From: Eledone cirrhosa
Lineage: Eukaryota
Length of the DNA: 64,000 nt
Assembly (NCBI GenBank): GCA_964016885.1
Contig: OZ024743.1
Coordinates: 19,964,001 to 20,028,000 of the forward strand
Direction: 5' to 3'
Shown: piece by piece, positions 11,935 through 24,929 of the stretch
How positions within the stretch are numbered: the stretch's first letter is position 1
Layout: each line of letters begins with the position of its first letter
Made by a program: the position numbers and the translations under genes
Notes under the pieces: generated by a model
The model's input: only the letters and a program-made list of their open reading frames with translations
What the model was told of the DNA's origin: nothing
The model's database searches: none

Positions 11935-12431
11935 ATATATATATATAAAGTCTCACGTGTCTTGAACTCAGATGCTCTTCAGGCCAGTGCTTTTCCCAGT
12001 TTCCATGGCATGACATGATTGAGAATAGAAGATTCCCGCTTGGGCAGGATGCCAGTCCAAGTAAGGGTTAAACCTCCAGCTATTGCTGGTACACATCTTC
12101 AGCTGAGCAATATGAAATGAAGCAGTTTGCTTAAGAACCCAATATAGGACCCAGTAAAGGATTTGAACCCACAATATTTTGATCCAACAACCTTTACCTC
12201 TAGGTCACATTTTTGTTGTTTGTTTCCTTCCTCTGTCAACAAGGGATATAACAGAGCTTTGGTTATTTTCATTTTTATTTCAAACTGTTTTCTGGAGTCT
12301 GTCTAGAATTGTAAATCTGTAAGGTAGTAGTAATTGTTTCCTTAATGTGGTTTATAAAAATATTCTTCTTATTATATTTCTCTCTTGGGATTTATGTCTC
12401 AGCCCTGAACTATTTATAATTCACTATCATT

Positions 12432-12620
12432 CGGTGGATTGGCAGTATCGGTAGAGGGTCGGACACCATGCTTTGACGCATAGAGTTACGACCCTTGCCA
12501 TTCTGAGTTCAAATCCCGCCGAGGTGAACTTTTCCTGTCATCCTTACGGGGTCGATAAAATAAAGTACCAGTAATGCACTGGGATAATTGCTGACCTTGT
12601 GCCAAAAGTAGAAACAATTA
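12432..12620 (+). mobile_element. tRNA-derived SINE; copies at 17637-17810(-), 23344-23460, 24032-24220, 29344-29527(-), 32998-33205, 33217-33430 and 40147-40265(-)
   Basis: A box tggcagtatcgg, B box gagttcaaatccc, conserved body gcctttcatccttacggggtcgataaaataaagtaccagt, and an AT-rich tail; some copies have target-site duplications. Confidence 0.85.
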
Positions 12621-12772
12621 TTAGTTGAGCCCTATTGTGTGTTATAATTCCACTAAGTTGATTTGTGATGTACGCTGTTGAGATTATGTGAGTCTTATTA
12701 TCAACACCCATACTCTTTTAAAAACATGTGTACACATGTATGCAAACACAATATTTCACATACACACATATG

Positions 12773-12816
<44 letters not shown>

Positions 12817-13722
12817 TATGGATAGATAGATACATACATACAGAAACATACATAAATGTATACATATATATTCATATATATATATATGTAATAATAATAG
12901 TGTTTATAAAATTAACCGATGTTGTCTTGTCAAGCGATGACACAAGATGAATTAATTATAGTTGTGTCCACTCACTCAATGAAACAAGAACAGAACTTTG
13001 AATCAGAATGTTTTCTTTTACAATTTAGATATATATAATATGTATATATGAGATGAACAAAGCTAAAGGGATAAATTGATAGTTTTCCAAACCAACTGAT
13101 TATTGTAGTGGCACATTAAACAGTGAATTACTGGTGCATCATCTTCAATGGCGGACGGACATTAAATGTTGATATATATATATATGTGTGTCTGTCTGTG
13201 TTTGTGTGTGTGTGTGTAAGTGCATGTGGTTGTATGTGTGTGTATTCATACACAAACATATATATATAAAGCCCCTAATACACAATGTACAGTGGTCATG
13301 CTGGGAGCATGACAAAAGAGCACTCAGTTCACCCCGTAATGTGCTGATGCTGGTGGCATAACAAATAAGTACCCAATCCACACTCTACAGGGGTCATGAT
13401 TTTGACACAGCAAAAAGCAACCAGTCCACCTTGTAAGGTGCCTGTGTTGGTGACACGATAATAAGCACCCAGACCACCCTGTAAAGTGGTCATGTTGGTG
13501 AAAAAGTACCCAGCCCAACCACCATGCTGGTCATTGTGGAACAACAATAAAAAGCACCTAGTCCATGCTCTAAATGTGACTGACGTTAGGAAGGGGATCC
13601 AGCCATAGAAACAAGAGCAAAACATGATCGCCTGATCTGAAATGTCTCACTAAGGGACACCTCATCTAAGCCATGCTAGTGTGAAAAATAGATATTATAT
13701 TAAACGGTGATGATGAGGAGGA

Positions 13723-13761
<39 letters not shown>

Positions 13762-13762
<1 letters not shown>

Positions 13763-15345
13763 TAGCAAATGCCCCCCCCCCCCCCGTCCATTGGACGGTG
13801 TTATTTCTTGGTAGGACTGTAGTCTTAATGGTGAAATTCCATTTTGTCGATGTTTAACATGGAGGATAATTTTACGTGATCAACTCTTTCAATCAAAAAT
13901 GAGACGATATTGAAAAAGAGCATGTTTCATTTACAGATATCTGTAATTAAAATGTGAATATAGAGAAATATCGAAAATAGAAAATAGAGAAAAATTTGAA
14001 AATAGAGGAAAATGGAAATATCGTTTGGAATGTTGTTTAATTGACTGAATGGCTGAAGAATCGGTACAAAAAGCATAGACGACAGTTTGGTTGACATGAA
14101 AGCAATCTGAAAGAAACTACATGTTTAATTGAATTATGAAATAACCTGGGGCATGTGGAAGGCTGTCCATTGAAATGCAAAAATGGTTGATTTCATCAAT
14201 GGGCATTTGTTGGAAGAGTAACATTACCTATTGTGAAAAGTAAGTAATCGCAATAAGGAGCAACCTGAAGGGGTTTTCAACTCCATGGAAAAACTATTGG
14301 AGGGATGCCTTGTAAACCACATTTTTTGTCAATCTTCCAGGAGCGTAGTAAAAGGAATTGGCCGAGTTTCCAACTCTTGAACATCCCACATACAGTTGTC
14401 CGTGTGAAAAGCATGAAGTACTGAGGTCCAGCCCAACCACTTTTAGTGACTGCCCCTTGGCTTTGTTAATGGTCATTGGAATCTTTTCATCGGAAAGACA
14501 CAGTCAGTTGGAATAAGTGGAACTCGGAAAATAAAAACATTTCCTTTTTGTCTCTTTCTTTCTGTCGCTGTTTCCCTCCTATAGACATTCTCTCTCTTTA
14601 TTTTTCTGTCCCTCTCTCTCTTCTACTCTGCACTTTCTACTTCCTCCTCTTTCTCAATGTACCGCGTTTATCGGAGTTATGAGTCCGTATACGTACAGAT
14701 ATAAATATACATTTATATATTCATTTTTATCTTTATTGTTTTACTTTATAACACCCCCTTACTTACTATTTTTACTGTATTTTAATTTTTTTCATTTTTC
14801 ATATATATTTTTTTTCTTTATTTTTATTTTTATTTTTATATATGTATCCATACCTTGTCTGACATTGTGTATATGTATATTTGTGTACGTCGCCATATAT
14901 GCATGTATGTATGTGTACGTTCTAATGAATCAGCTACATCATAACGTTTACATCTATATATATATATATATATATAAACCGCGATAATATTGCATCTATA
15001 TATAATATTGCATCTATATATTGCATCTATATAATATTGCATCTATATATTAAAAAAAACGCGATAATATTGCTATATGCTGAACCACATACTTTTGTAG
15101 AGTTTTTTTCGGAATGTTTTGAGTGCTGTTTCTTGTAAACAGACATTCGTCTCATTCTGACGTCACCAGCCATGTTCTCCATGTGTGTTTATTTTCATAA
15201 TTCCGCACGAGGTGAATTAGCCTGCTTTTAAATTCCCTTTCTGGCATATTTTGGTGATCGTGTTCAGCTCTACTGATGAACGACTCCAACCGTGACTAAT
15301 CCCACTGAAAAGTTTCGGGAAATAGTTTTTTTAAGACTATATAGA
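13762..15345 (-). mobile_element. Internally deleted Helitron
   Basis: Minus-strand 3' end has a ccgtcc-aat-ggacgg hairpin then CTAG|T; probable 5' TCTATATAG at 15345 (less certain); contains a Pif1 helicase C-terminal fragment. Confidence 0.8.
14294..14476 (-). pseudogene. Helitron Pif1-family helicase C-terminal fragment
   Basis: [18 protein letters not shown]...[13 protein letters not shown]...TKNVVY matches Helitron helicase motifs V-VI. Confidence 0.9.
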
Positions 15346-15573
15346 GTATTTGCAGTTTTTCCAAATTGAAGGATGAGTATTTAAACTTTATTTTATTTGA
15401 GTTAAGACTCTATTGATTTTTTTCCCTGGATTTCAGAAAATCTGTGGATACAATATCTGTCTTGATTTTTTTTTAATTCAGTTGGAATTATTTTCCCATA
15501 TCTTACGTTAAATATTTTCCATTTTGATGTTATAGTTACTTGGCTTCTTGCTCACATTAATTTCTCTACTTTC

Positions 15574-15628
<55 letters not shown>

Positions 15629-15790
15629 GTAGAAGGTGAGTAATATTGTAGAACAATAACACTATCAGATAAGTAGCACTCAAGAAATGGTAGAAATAGA
15701 GTATATATTAAAGAAGAAATTAAAAGATGGTTTTGTAGACTTTTCACTTTCCTGTTGACAACTATTTTTAGGCCTTATATCATGTTACAT

Positions 15791-15860
15791 TATTTTATCT
15801 GATGAGAACACAATTTTTGTTCCAGGATGATGTTGTTTTCGAAATGCGCATAATAAAATA
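15791..15860 (+). ncRNA. Minimal type I hammerhead in a fold-back mini-element (15626-15898)
   Basis: tattttat CTGATGA gaac...gttttc GAAA tgcgca TA ataaaata; palindromic stem III; same family as 35925-36395. Confidence 0.8.
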
Positions 15861-15951
15861 TATGGAACTTTTTTAACCATCTTTTAGTTTCTTCTTTTAT
15901 ATATATATAATGATAGTAAGTAAATGGAAACTATATTTATAAAACAATATT

Positions 15952-16012
15952 TATTCTATTATATATATTTCAAGGGTACCAAAACTTTGGTACACTTTCA
16001 TCAGATAAAATA
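15952..16012 (-). ncRNA. Minimal type I hammerhead (family also at 18741, 19858 and 49928)
   Basis: Minus strand: tattttat CTGATGA aagtgtacc-aaagtttt-ggtaccctt GAAA tatata TA atagaata. Confidence 0.8.
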
Positions 16013-16232
16013 CGAAGTGTGTTTTATAAATTTTGACATAACCAAGAAACATACTTTAACGGTTCAAGTTTTCCTTGGATAGTCACTACTAGCATTTTAA
16101 GGGGTCCGTCGAGCTGCAGATTACAGAGTCGGGTAAGATCGATAGAGATCGAACCTTGAGCTGATCAGTGTCGAAACGCGCGTCACAAATAAACGTAGTG
16201 AAGGAGTAACCAATCGTCTTTGTTATCTTTTA

Positions 16233-16264
<32 letters not shown>

Positions 16265-16347
16265 AAAGGTAAACAGAAATAACAACACAATCGGTACAGT
16301 ATATCGAAGGGATAAATTAGATTAATGCTTGATATAGCGGGAAGAGG

Positions 16348-16385
16348 GTCTTAACGTTTCGGTCGCTACTACTTCATCAGAAGAT
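16348..16385 (-). ncRNA. Minimal hammerhead with weak stem II
   Basis: Minus strand: tctt CTGATGA agtagtagcgacc GAAA cg TT aaga; stem I tctt/aaga and palindromic aacgtt stem III. Confidence 0.6.
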
Positions 16386-16487
16386 ATATATGTATATATA
16401 TATATAACAAAGGAAGTGTGATAAGGAACCAGGTGGACCATAACGCACCAGGGTACTTCATACTAAGGGTAGTAGTGTGGGTAATAC

Positions 16488-16608
16488 GAAATTATTCAAG
16501 ACCCCGACGGCAGAGCTCAAGCCATTTCGACGGCTATTTCTGGACTCAGCGTCCAGAAATACCCGTCGAAACGGCTTCAGCTCTGCCGTCGGGGTCTTGA
16601 ATAATTTC
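16488..16608. repeat. Near-perfect hairpin containing only the GAAA-stem III-GUC half of a hammerhead
   Basis: gaaattattcaagaccccgacggcagagct... pairs with ...agctctgccgtcggggtcttgaataatttc; contains GAAA cggc...gccg TC. Confidence 0.8.
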
Positions 16609-16665
16609 ATATATATATATATATAAAGTGTTAAAACGATCAAATTTTAGTTTAGAACATTTATT

Positions 16666-16712
16666 TGCTGACAATTGTTTCTTCCAGAGGGAAGTCTGGA
16701 ATCATCGGAGCA
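16666..16712 (-). ncRNA. Hammerhead with a U4C core change at the 3' end of a decayed PLE-like remnant (~16630-17620, minus)
   Basis: Minus strand: tgct CCGATGA ttccaga-cttccc-tctggaa GAAA caattg TC agca. Confidence 0.7.
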
Positions 16713-17868
16713 TAGGGAATGTCGAAACATGTAACTAAAATCCTAGTCATTTAGAACATTTAGGGTACATAATTGTTTTTAGTCTCAAGGGCATCATGTG
16801 GAGAGTCAGGAGTTAAAAAGATGTTCTGCTTGAAAGAACACAATACATGCAGCACTGGTTGAAAGTGTAAGATGTATAAGCGAAAAGCACAAGCAAAAGA
16901 ATACAGGCAAAAAAAGTTACAAGCAAGGAAAATTGGTGTACAATGCAGGAGTCAATACAGTCAATAAGGCATGTATGAGGAACAAGTTATAATGGAGTTG
17001 AAATAAACATATTCTGTGTGGGGTGTTGAAGGATGTTATAATTGTTATAAATGTTTAAGATAGTGTGCAATTTGTTAGAGAGACATATGGTGATAATGTA
17101 GGTATTGGTTATGTAAGGTGTAATGCAAAGCACGTGATAGAGTTGGATATGTGATTTTCATACAAGTGTTTTTGTGTTGTAGTTCGTATGTATGTGTACA
17201 TGTTGTTTGTAACTCACAGCTATTAACCATGGGATTATTTTGAGTCGTTTATAGACGATATGTGTTTGTTTGTTAAATGTAAATTCCACTGAATTACTGG
17301 CCATGTTGTTATTGTAGGTATATTTTGTATCTACAAATTATCTTTTCTAGGGTTTGTATTAACCGTTATTAAGCTGTTGGTAAACCGTTAGGTTGCTTAA
17401 TTTTATGAGTTTACACAGGAAGTTGTAAAGGGGGTTAATAACAAAGTTGTTGATAAATTAAGGGTTGTTTTAATATTGTAGTAGTGTTATAAATTTTTAT
17501 AGAGTATATGAAATATTATTGGTTATATATTTGTTATATTTTAAACTTGTGTGGAGGGAGTTAAAAACAGTTTTTTAATTATTTTATTATTTTATTATAA
17601 CTAGATAGTTTTTACATAGTTAGTATATGTATATATAATTGTTTCTACTTTTGGGACAAGGCCAGCAATTAGCCAGTACATTACTGGTACTTTATTTTAT
17701 CAACCCGTAAGGATGAAAGGCAAAGTTAACCTCCGCGGGATTTGAACTCACATCGTAAAGGGACGTAACTACGCTGGAAAGCATGTGTGACCGTCTACCA
17801 ATACTGCCAATTCACTATCCTGCAACTCACTATCCTGTCATAAAAAAAACTTCAACTCTCTCTACACA

Positions 17869-17970
<102 letters not shown>

Positions 17971-18034
17971 GAATAAAGTTAGTCCTTCATCAGTGATCTT
18001 CCAACCATCATTGGTATTTCATCGCTTTAAAGAC

Positions 18035-18472
18035 CATAAAACACTTATTAGTAATACATACCCTTTTCAAAGATCTCCCTGTATAGATAAGAAATGCATA
18101 ATCTGTAAAATAAGCCCCCATATTAACCATATTAACTGCAAAACTAGAAACATAGTATATAGCATAAGATGTACTGAGGGACAATGTAAAGATAAGAATA
18201 TAATGTACATAGGTGAGAGAGCTCGTAGCATAGGAGAACAATTAAATGAACACTGGCGAGAGCTTCAAGATAGAAAAGACTCAGCAGTACTCCAACAACA
18301 TGATAAAATAGAAAATAGAGGCAAATTAGATAACATAGAAATAAAAATAAAATCTACACACAGAAAAGACGCAATGTTTAGACAAATCACAGAGGCAATA
18401 AACATAAATGAACTCCAACCAAAAGTAAATAGAAAACATGAATGGAATAGCAACATCACAACTTACATTTAA
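18035..18472 (+). pseudogene. PLE GIY-YIG endonuclease 3' fragment (Hydra-like clade, tentative)
   Basis: CIDKKCIIC, NIVYSIRC, YIGERARS...EH, RQITEAINI and a C-terminal NRKHEW; 5'-truncated next to a TA tract. Confidence 0.8.
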
Positions 18473-18608
18473 GGACAAAATGAAAACAAACACACATAGA
18501 ACAAACAACCAACTAGTAACATGTAAATAAACAAATAAAAACACACACAGACACCCAGATGATTTTCTTATTTTAGGTCTTTCATATATATATATATATA
18601 TATATATA

Positions 18609-19963
18609 CAGAGGTTATATTTAATTTGTTGGGATTCAACAAGCTTAAAACATTTTATAACTGATATAAAGCACTCAACAGTTAGTGGAGTAAATACACA
18701 ATATATTAATAAATGGAAACTATATTTATAAAACCATATTTATTCTATTATACATATTTCAAGAGCAACCAAGGCAAATTATGGTGCGCTTTCATCAGAT
18801 AAAATACAGATTTGTTTTATAAATAAATATTGACATACCCGGAAAAAAAGACAACCTTAACGGTTGCAGCTTCCTGGATAGTGGAGATAGTACATTTATT
18901 GAGGGTGATACAAAATTATGAGTGAGTATGCAAATGAGTGTCCGAAAGGTTGAAAAGATAACGGTTTATTTAAATTAAACTGTTGGAAGAAGGTGATATG
19001 TAAGGGAGAGAGAGAAAAAGAAAAAAAGAAAAAAGAAAGGAGAAAGATAGAAGAGGAAAGAAAGAAAGATTATATATATTGATATTGAAAATAGAGGGCA
19101 TGAAGATATGAGTTTCAAAGGATAAATATACACAGCGTAAGTATATCTAAGTGAGAGAAGAAATGAGAATAACGTGGAAGAAGAATATTTATAATGCAGG
19201 ATTCATTACGTTTTGATTATAATACTTATAATCATAGGTTGAAAAATTCGATTAAAATTAATTTAAAATTAAAAAATTAGAAATCAAAATTAAAGATTAA
19301 AATTTACCTTAATATTAAAGATTTAATTTAATAATTTAATATTAATAATTAGTTGAAATGTGTATGCTAAGGATTATAAATTATTTAAATAAATATATAG
19401 TATTTTACATTAGAGCAAATCTAGTATAGTTTATTTTATTAAAAGTTGTAAGTCAAAAATTTAAACATCCAAATAATTCTAAATTTATGAAAAATTTACG
19501 AGAGTTTACAAAGGAATAACCACTTAGTTATATTATAAAAACAGTAAGGAAGTGTAAAGGAAGTTAGAAGTGATTTTTTAAGAACTCAGATGATTCTAAG
19601 GATTAAATTTTATAAAGTTAAAAAGTTAAAAAATTTGTTTATCTTAAGAATATAATTAAAACAGGAACCATACGTTATTTTATACGAAGTCATAAATTTA
19701 CTTGCTATAAAGTTAAAACATTTAAAAAATGTGCATACTCACTCAGAATTTTGTATCACCCTCAATAAATGTACTATCTCCACTCTCCAGGAAGCTCCAA
19801 CCGTTAAGGTTGTCTTTTTTTCCGGGTATGTCAATATTTATTTATAAAACAAATCTGTATTTTATCTGATGAAAGCGCACTATAATTTGCCTTGGTTGCC
19901 CTTGAAATATGTATAATAGAATAAATATGGTTTTATAAATATAGTTTCCATTTATTAATATAT

Positions 19964-19966
<3 letters not shown>
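18609..19966. mobile_element. Fold-back HHR element with ~235-bp inverted arms and an ~800-bp AT-rich spacer
   Basis: Arms 18698-18932 and 19732-19966; hammerheads at 18741-18806(-) and 19858-19923(+); TA tracts on both sides. Confidence 0.85.
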
Positions 19967-20022
<56 letters not shown>

Positions 20023-20059
20023 GTGTGTGTGTGGTGGTGGTGGTGGTACAAATATGAGT

Positions 20060-21560
20060 TCTTAATGCACAGACAGAGTGTATATATTATGAAAAGTTAG
20101 CTGGAGTTGGTTCCATAGATTCTATGGGTGACCTTGAAGTTATGGACTTCACTTGAGAGTGAATTTGGAAGATGGAAACTGTTAGTAAGCCAGTCGAATA
20201 AACACATGTAGATGTTTTCTTGGTTCTTGGTAACTGAGATGCTCACAGGCAAAATTAAATCATCGAGGTTGCTGCAAAGGTTCAAATTAGTAAGTTATTG
20301 GAGTAAATGACCTTGTCATTGTTGATTCATGGCCTGCTCAAATTTTGTACTTTTTCTGAGTTTTTTTTTTTCTTTTTGAAGTTTTTGATTGCTATCACCT
20401 CAACATGACATTCTGTCTACATATTTTTACCCTATTTTTTAAGCTTTTCATAAAATCTCCCATTGTCTTCATCTTATAACTGTCTGCGATTTTGTTGGCT
20501 TCCTTGATGACAAGAAACATTTCTTTTATGTTGTTCATGTTTGTAGCTATTTGTATTATTCTTTATTAGATGATTTTTTTATAGTCATACATTCAATATT
20601 TTATAATATACAACTCCTACTTCCCTGTATCTGTGATAAATATAATATTTATGTCAGATTTGAAGTAGTGTATGCTAAATGTAGTCATTATTTTTCTTGT
20701 TTCCTGTCTAGTTATGTTAGTTTGTTTAACATCCAATACAGAATATTTGTAGCTATAATGTATCATAATGTATCACCAGTCTAGCAAGAGTATTCATAAC
20801 TATTACTTCATTTTATAAAAATCTAGCTGTTTCCAGTATTAATCTAATGCAACTATAATATTCCTTCCTAATCTTTTCTTTTGTTTGTGCTTTATACTTT
20901 GTCTAGTTCATTGATTTTTAAGTATTTGTAAGTCAGTGTTTGATGTAATTCTCCCATCTGTTTCTTTATCTAGCATAATATTAATGTTCCTAATTAATTT
21001 TCCTCTTTCCAGGGTTGCCTTGGCACATTTTTCTTATCTGAATCTCATATTGAAAACGCTATTCAATATGTGCACTCTCTTCTTCATTGTTTCTAGTTAT
21101 TTATCTTCTGAAGCATTCAAGTTGTGATCATTCATATGCAAAAGATAAGATAGTTGATTGTCCTATCATAGCATTTGTGTCCAAGTCCAATCTTATTTAA
21201 CTTGTTGGCTGAAAGTGTTAGTGCCAGTCAGAAATTGAGTGGAGTGAGTACGTATGGAGCATTCCTTTTCAATAGAGATAAAATTAGTTTTTATAATTGC
21301 TTGCCATTTACTTATGACATGTTTAATGCATCTCTTTACTCATTGCTAATCTTTCCAAGATCCATGTGTCAGAAGCTTTCTGGTACTCAATCCATGCTAC
21401 ACTCAGTTTCTTATATGTTTTCTCTAGTTTTCAATTATAGCTTTGTGTATTTTTACTGACTGAAAAGATCTGTAAACATCAATTATTATTCTGTAAACAA
21501 TGTTTTCTCAAGGTGTTTATTTATCCCCTGTTATTATATTTTAATTAAGGTTAAGTAGGT
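20060..21560 (-). pseudogene. Highly degenerate R4/Dong-type reverse transcriptase remnant
   Basis: Minus-strand fragments LSVAWIEYQKASD, SYLLHMNDHNL and MRF..EKCAK occur in the same order as in the intact ORF at 8345. Confidence 0.65.
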
Positions 21561-21659
21561 TGTACAAATGCAGGTTATATTTGTAGTTTTTTGTGGTTTG
21601 CTTTTGTTATTGGCTAATCAATTAAGATCTGTCTTTCCACAGTGTGGCTATTCACTGTT

Positions 21660-22400
21660 ATCTCTATAAGGATGGAGTTTCATTTGAAATAAGATTTTTA
21701 GAGATGGTCTCCAGCCACAAGTATACACTTTTAGGGTTAGCATGATCCATAACAATTTTCATTGCCATTAAATGTTGACAGTTGTAGTGGAAGTGCTGAA
21801 CAAAGAAACTTCTTAATGTTAAAATAGATTTGACAAAGATGAGTGGCATAAGTAGCCACCAGATTTTGCAGTAGTAATTTACTGGAAATTTTAGGCAAGA
21901 TATTTGAATAGCCCTAGCACCATATCATCCAACCGTATTTTGTGACACCAGTGCTGTGATGAGAATGTATATTTTGTTCAAAAGATAATATGATCAGGTT
22001 GCACATGCAATATGGAGCAGCTTTTAAGGGACTGTGGGAGCTCAGCCCAAGCTGTCAAGTTCTGGTAATACTTAATCTAGAACATCTTGTTCACACAATC
22101 CTTCTATATGCATAAGGGACATGGTCAGTCAGAATGAACGATTTATACTAGCTGGAAATATTTGACCACTTTTTCCTACACCAAATCAGCCATGGGAATA
22201 TATGGCAGATACTGCCAGATAGATTCCCTTCAGAAACTCCTACTCAAAAGGCACCTTCGTTTTCAGAGTCACACACTCCACCAACTACATGGTGAATTCA
22301 TCCATGATGTAGTCATACCAGAGCCCCATTTTAGATGGCATAAACAGTGAAGTGAGCAGCTGAGGATGTGGATTGTAAAGATTAAATAGGAAGTTGAGCT
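21660..22400 (-). pseudogene. Degenerate Ty3/Gypsy pol remnant (RNase H to integrase zinc-finger region)
   Basis: Minus-strand fragments resembling DAS..G.G, KKW, FILTDHVP (F...TDH.PL) and WW in the expected order; many stops. Confidence 0.5.
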
Positions 22401-24929
22401 AATATCTGATCCTTGCATATATAGTGACAAAACTGCAATTCTGACTGGCTGACAATATCTGCTTCAAATTTATGCAATTCACTCCTAATTGTTACTATGT
22501 TCCCTTGCTGGATCTGATGCAACCCATCCTGGGAGAACACCACCAATGACACAAGAAAGGATCAATTTTGTCTCTGGTTCAATCAATATCTGGTTAGATA
22601 TTTCTACAAGCAACTTATGTATCTCTGTTAAATATTTTAACTAGACTTTCATATGTTCTGTGTTGAAGCCTTCTTATTGTTTGGTTTATATGATATCTTG
22701 GCAACTTTTTGTGTTCTTATGACCTACCACAATTGTTCAGAAGCTATATTCATTCATGTTTATTTCATCACAATCCAATCACCTAGACAGACTTTTTCTA
22801 TTTCTCTTGTTGTTAGTACTGCTTAAAATTCTATTATACTTTTACCTAGTTCTAGATAAACATTTGAGATGTGTACAACAATTGTTATGAGATTTCATTT
22901 AAATTATATAATATTTACAAAAAAATGAACAAATATTAAACTCTAAAAGTATGTGGAAGGGAGCAGCAGACTCTAATACCTCAGATTAGGTAGTATATTA
23001 GTTGTGCCCCACTGATAAAATGTTGAAAGCATTACTCTAATGGGTGTCAGTGACACCCATTACATAAGCCATTCCACTCCACTGACGCCTTTCTCAGGTG
23101 GAAAGCACTTTTCCCAACTTTGTGGATCAAACTATTTGTTTCATTCAACTAATCATTTTCACTTTTTCTACTACAGAATTTTATGTTGTTTAGTAAGGAT
23201 TTCTTATTTCAGATCATCTTTGATTTGGATACTTTGTTATTTGGGATATTTTTCTTTCTTTTCTTAGATGCATTGTTTTGTTGTTGTTCTTATTTTTCTT
23301 ATCTTCATCTTTTTTCATCTTCTTATTATTATTATTCTCATCGGTGAGTTCAAATCCCGCCAAGGTTAACTTTGCCTTTCATCCTTACGGCATCAATAAA
23401 ATAAAGTACCTGTAATCCACTGGGTAATTGCTAGCCTTGTGCCAAAAGTAGAAACAATTATTATTATTCTCATCATCATCATCATCATCATCGGCTGCAT
23501 TTATGGTAATGAGAGTCATTTGAGAGTTTTCTGTCATGAAGAACTGCAAACGATAATTCAAAATGTGATCAGAGAAACAATCTCCTAATCTGCATTACTC
23601 TATGGGCAGCAATTCCAGAATCAGTGGAACTGATCAGCACATCCACAGTACCAGGTGCTGCCCCATCCTCAGTAACAGAGTGAGGTGGCAATGTGATTGA
23701 CAGTAGCAAACAAAAAAGCAGCACTGATTCCAACAATGTGAGAGGCAGAAGCTGAGTCCTGTTTGATTTCAGAAACCCACATTTGAATGTCCCTCCACTC
23801 TCTTTCTTTATCCCGTAGTACCACTTCATCATCTTGTAAAAATGAGAGTATAACAGATGCTGGCGTGGAGTGGAAAATTACTGAAAATAGGAAGAAGATG
23901 TCTCAGTATAGAATGAAGGGTGAGCCTGATCTGAAGGCATGTAAAATTTAACAAAAGATGGATCAGTATGATGACACAAAATTCACATTTGTTTGAAAAG
24001 ATAATGTTCATCATCATTATTTTTATGTCGAGGCGGTGGATTGGCAGTATTGGTAGAGAGTCGGATGCCATGCTTTGAAGCATAGAGTTATGTCCCTTTA
24101 TGATCTGTGTTCAAATCCCGCCAAGGTTAACTTTGCCTTTCATCCTTATGGGGTCGATAAAATAAAGTACCAGTAATGTACTGGGTAATTGCTGGCCTTG
24201 TGTCAAAAGTAGAAACAATTATTTTTATGTCCACGTTGCCATGCTGACATAGATTGGATGGGATATTCTGAGGTAATGTTTTACAGCCAGATAAAATTCT
24301 TGACACCTGCCCTTTTAGTTACTTATTACACCATGCAGTATTCAAGGGAAAATTAATGCATTTATAGTGCAAACGATAGAACCTTGGTGTATTCATTACC
24401 AGAAACAAAATAGGGCCAGTAACTAAGACAGATGCAATTGACAGACTTTTAAAAAAAGGATACGGAAATATTTTCAAGAGTATTCAGATGATGAATGATT
24501 GTTTTTGCCTTGTCAAACATGATGTTAATGGGTGATGCCTCAAATCCCACTGCAAACACTACCTGGTGGGAAGAAATACAGAGAGATCTAATCCAATCAA
24601 ACCAGCACATTCTCAACCATGTGTAGGAAGGAACCCAAAAGGACTGTATAAGATATTTGAAATAATATATTGGACTATTTATGGATTTGTTTTTTATTAT
24701 TATATGTCATAATTTTTTTAATTTTCATTTTGTATAACATCTCTTACCCATCTCTTCCTTTTTATATATCTTTGTCTTGTTCCTCCCAAAACACTTTTGT
24801 AATTCCCCTAGTTTTATCATTTTTTGTAATTATTTCATCATTATTTCAGCTTTATCATGCTTTCACAGATTGGATGGGTTTTCTCTAACCTAACCACCCT
24901 CCATTCACAGTGTTCCTTCATAATCCTCT

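Noticed and set aside
12432-12520. tRNA genes at SINE heads
   Set aside because: A/B boxes are present but there is no cloverleaf, and each continues into a shared SINE body.
15268-15320. CTGATGA...GAAA inside the Helitron; similar lone CTGATGA at ~33863, ~39407 and ~57971
   Set aside because: No supporting stems; expected by chance.
23569-24083. Possible host exon in a slightly GC-richer segment
   Set aside because: No recognisable motif, stops in plausible frames, no convincing splice context, and part overlaps a SINE.
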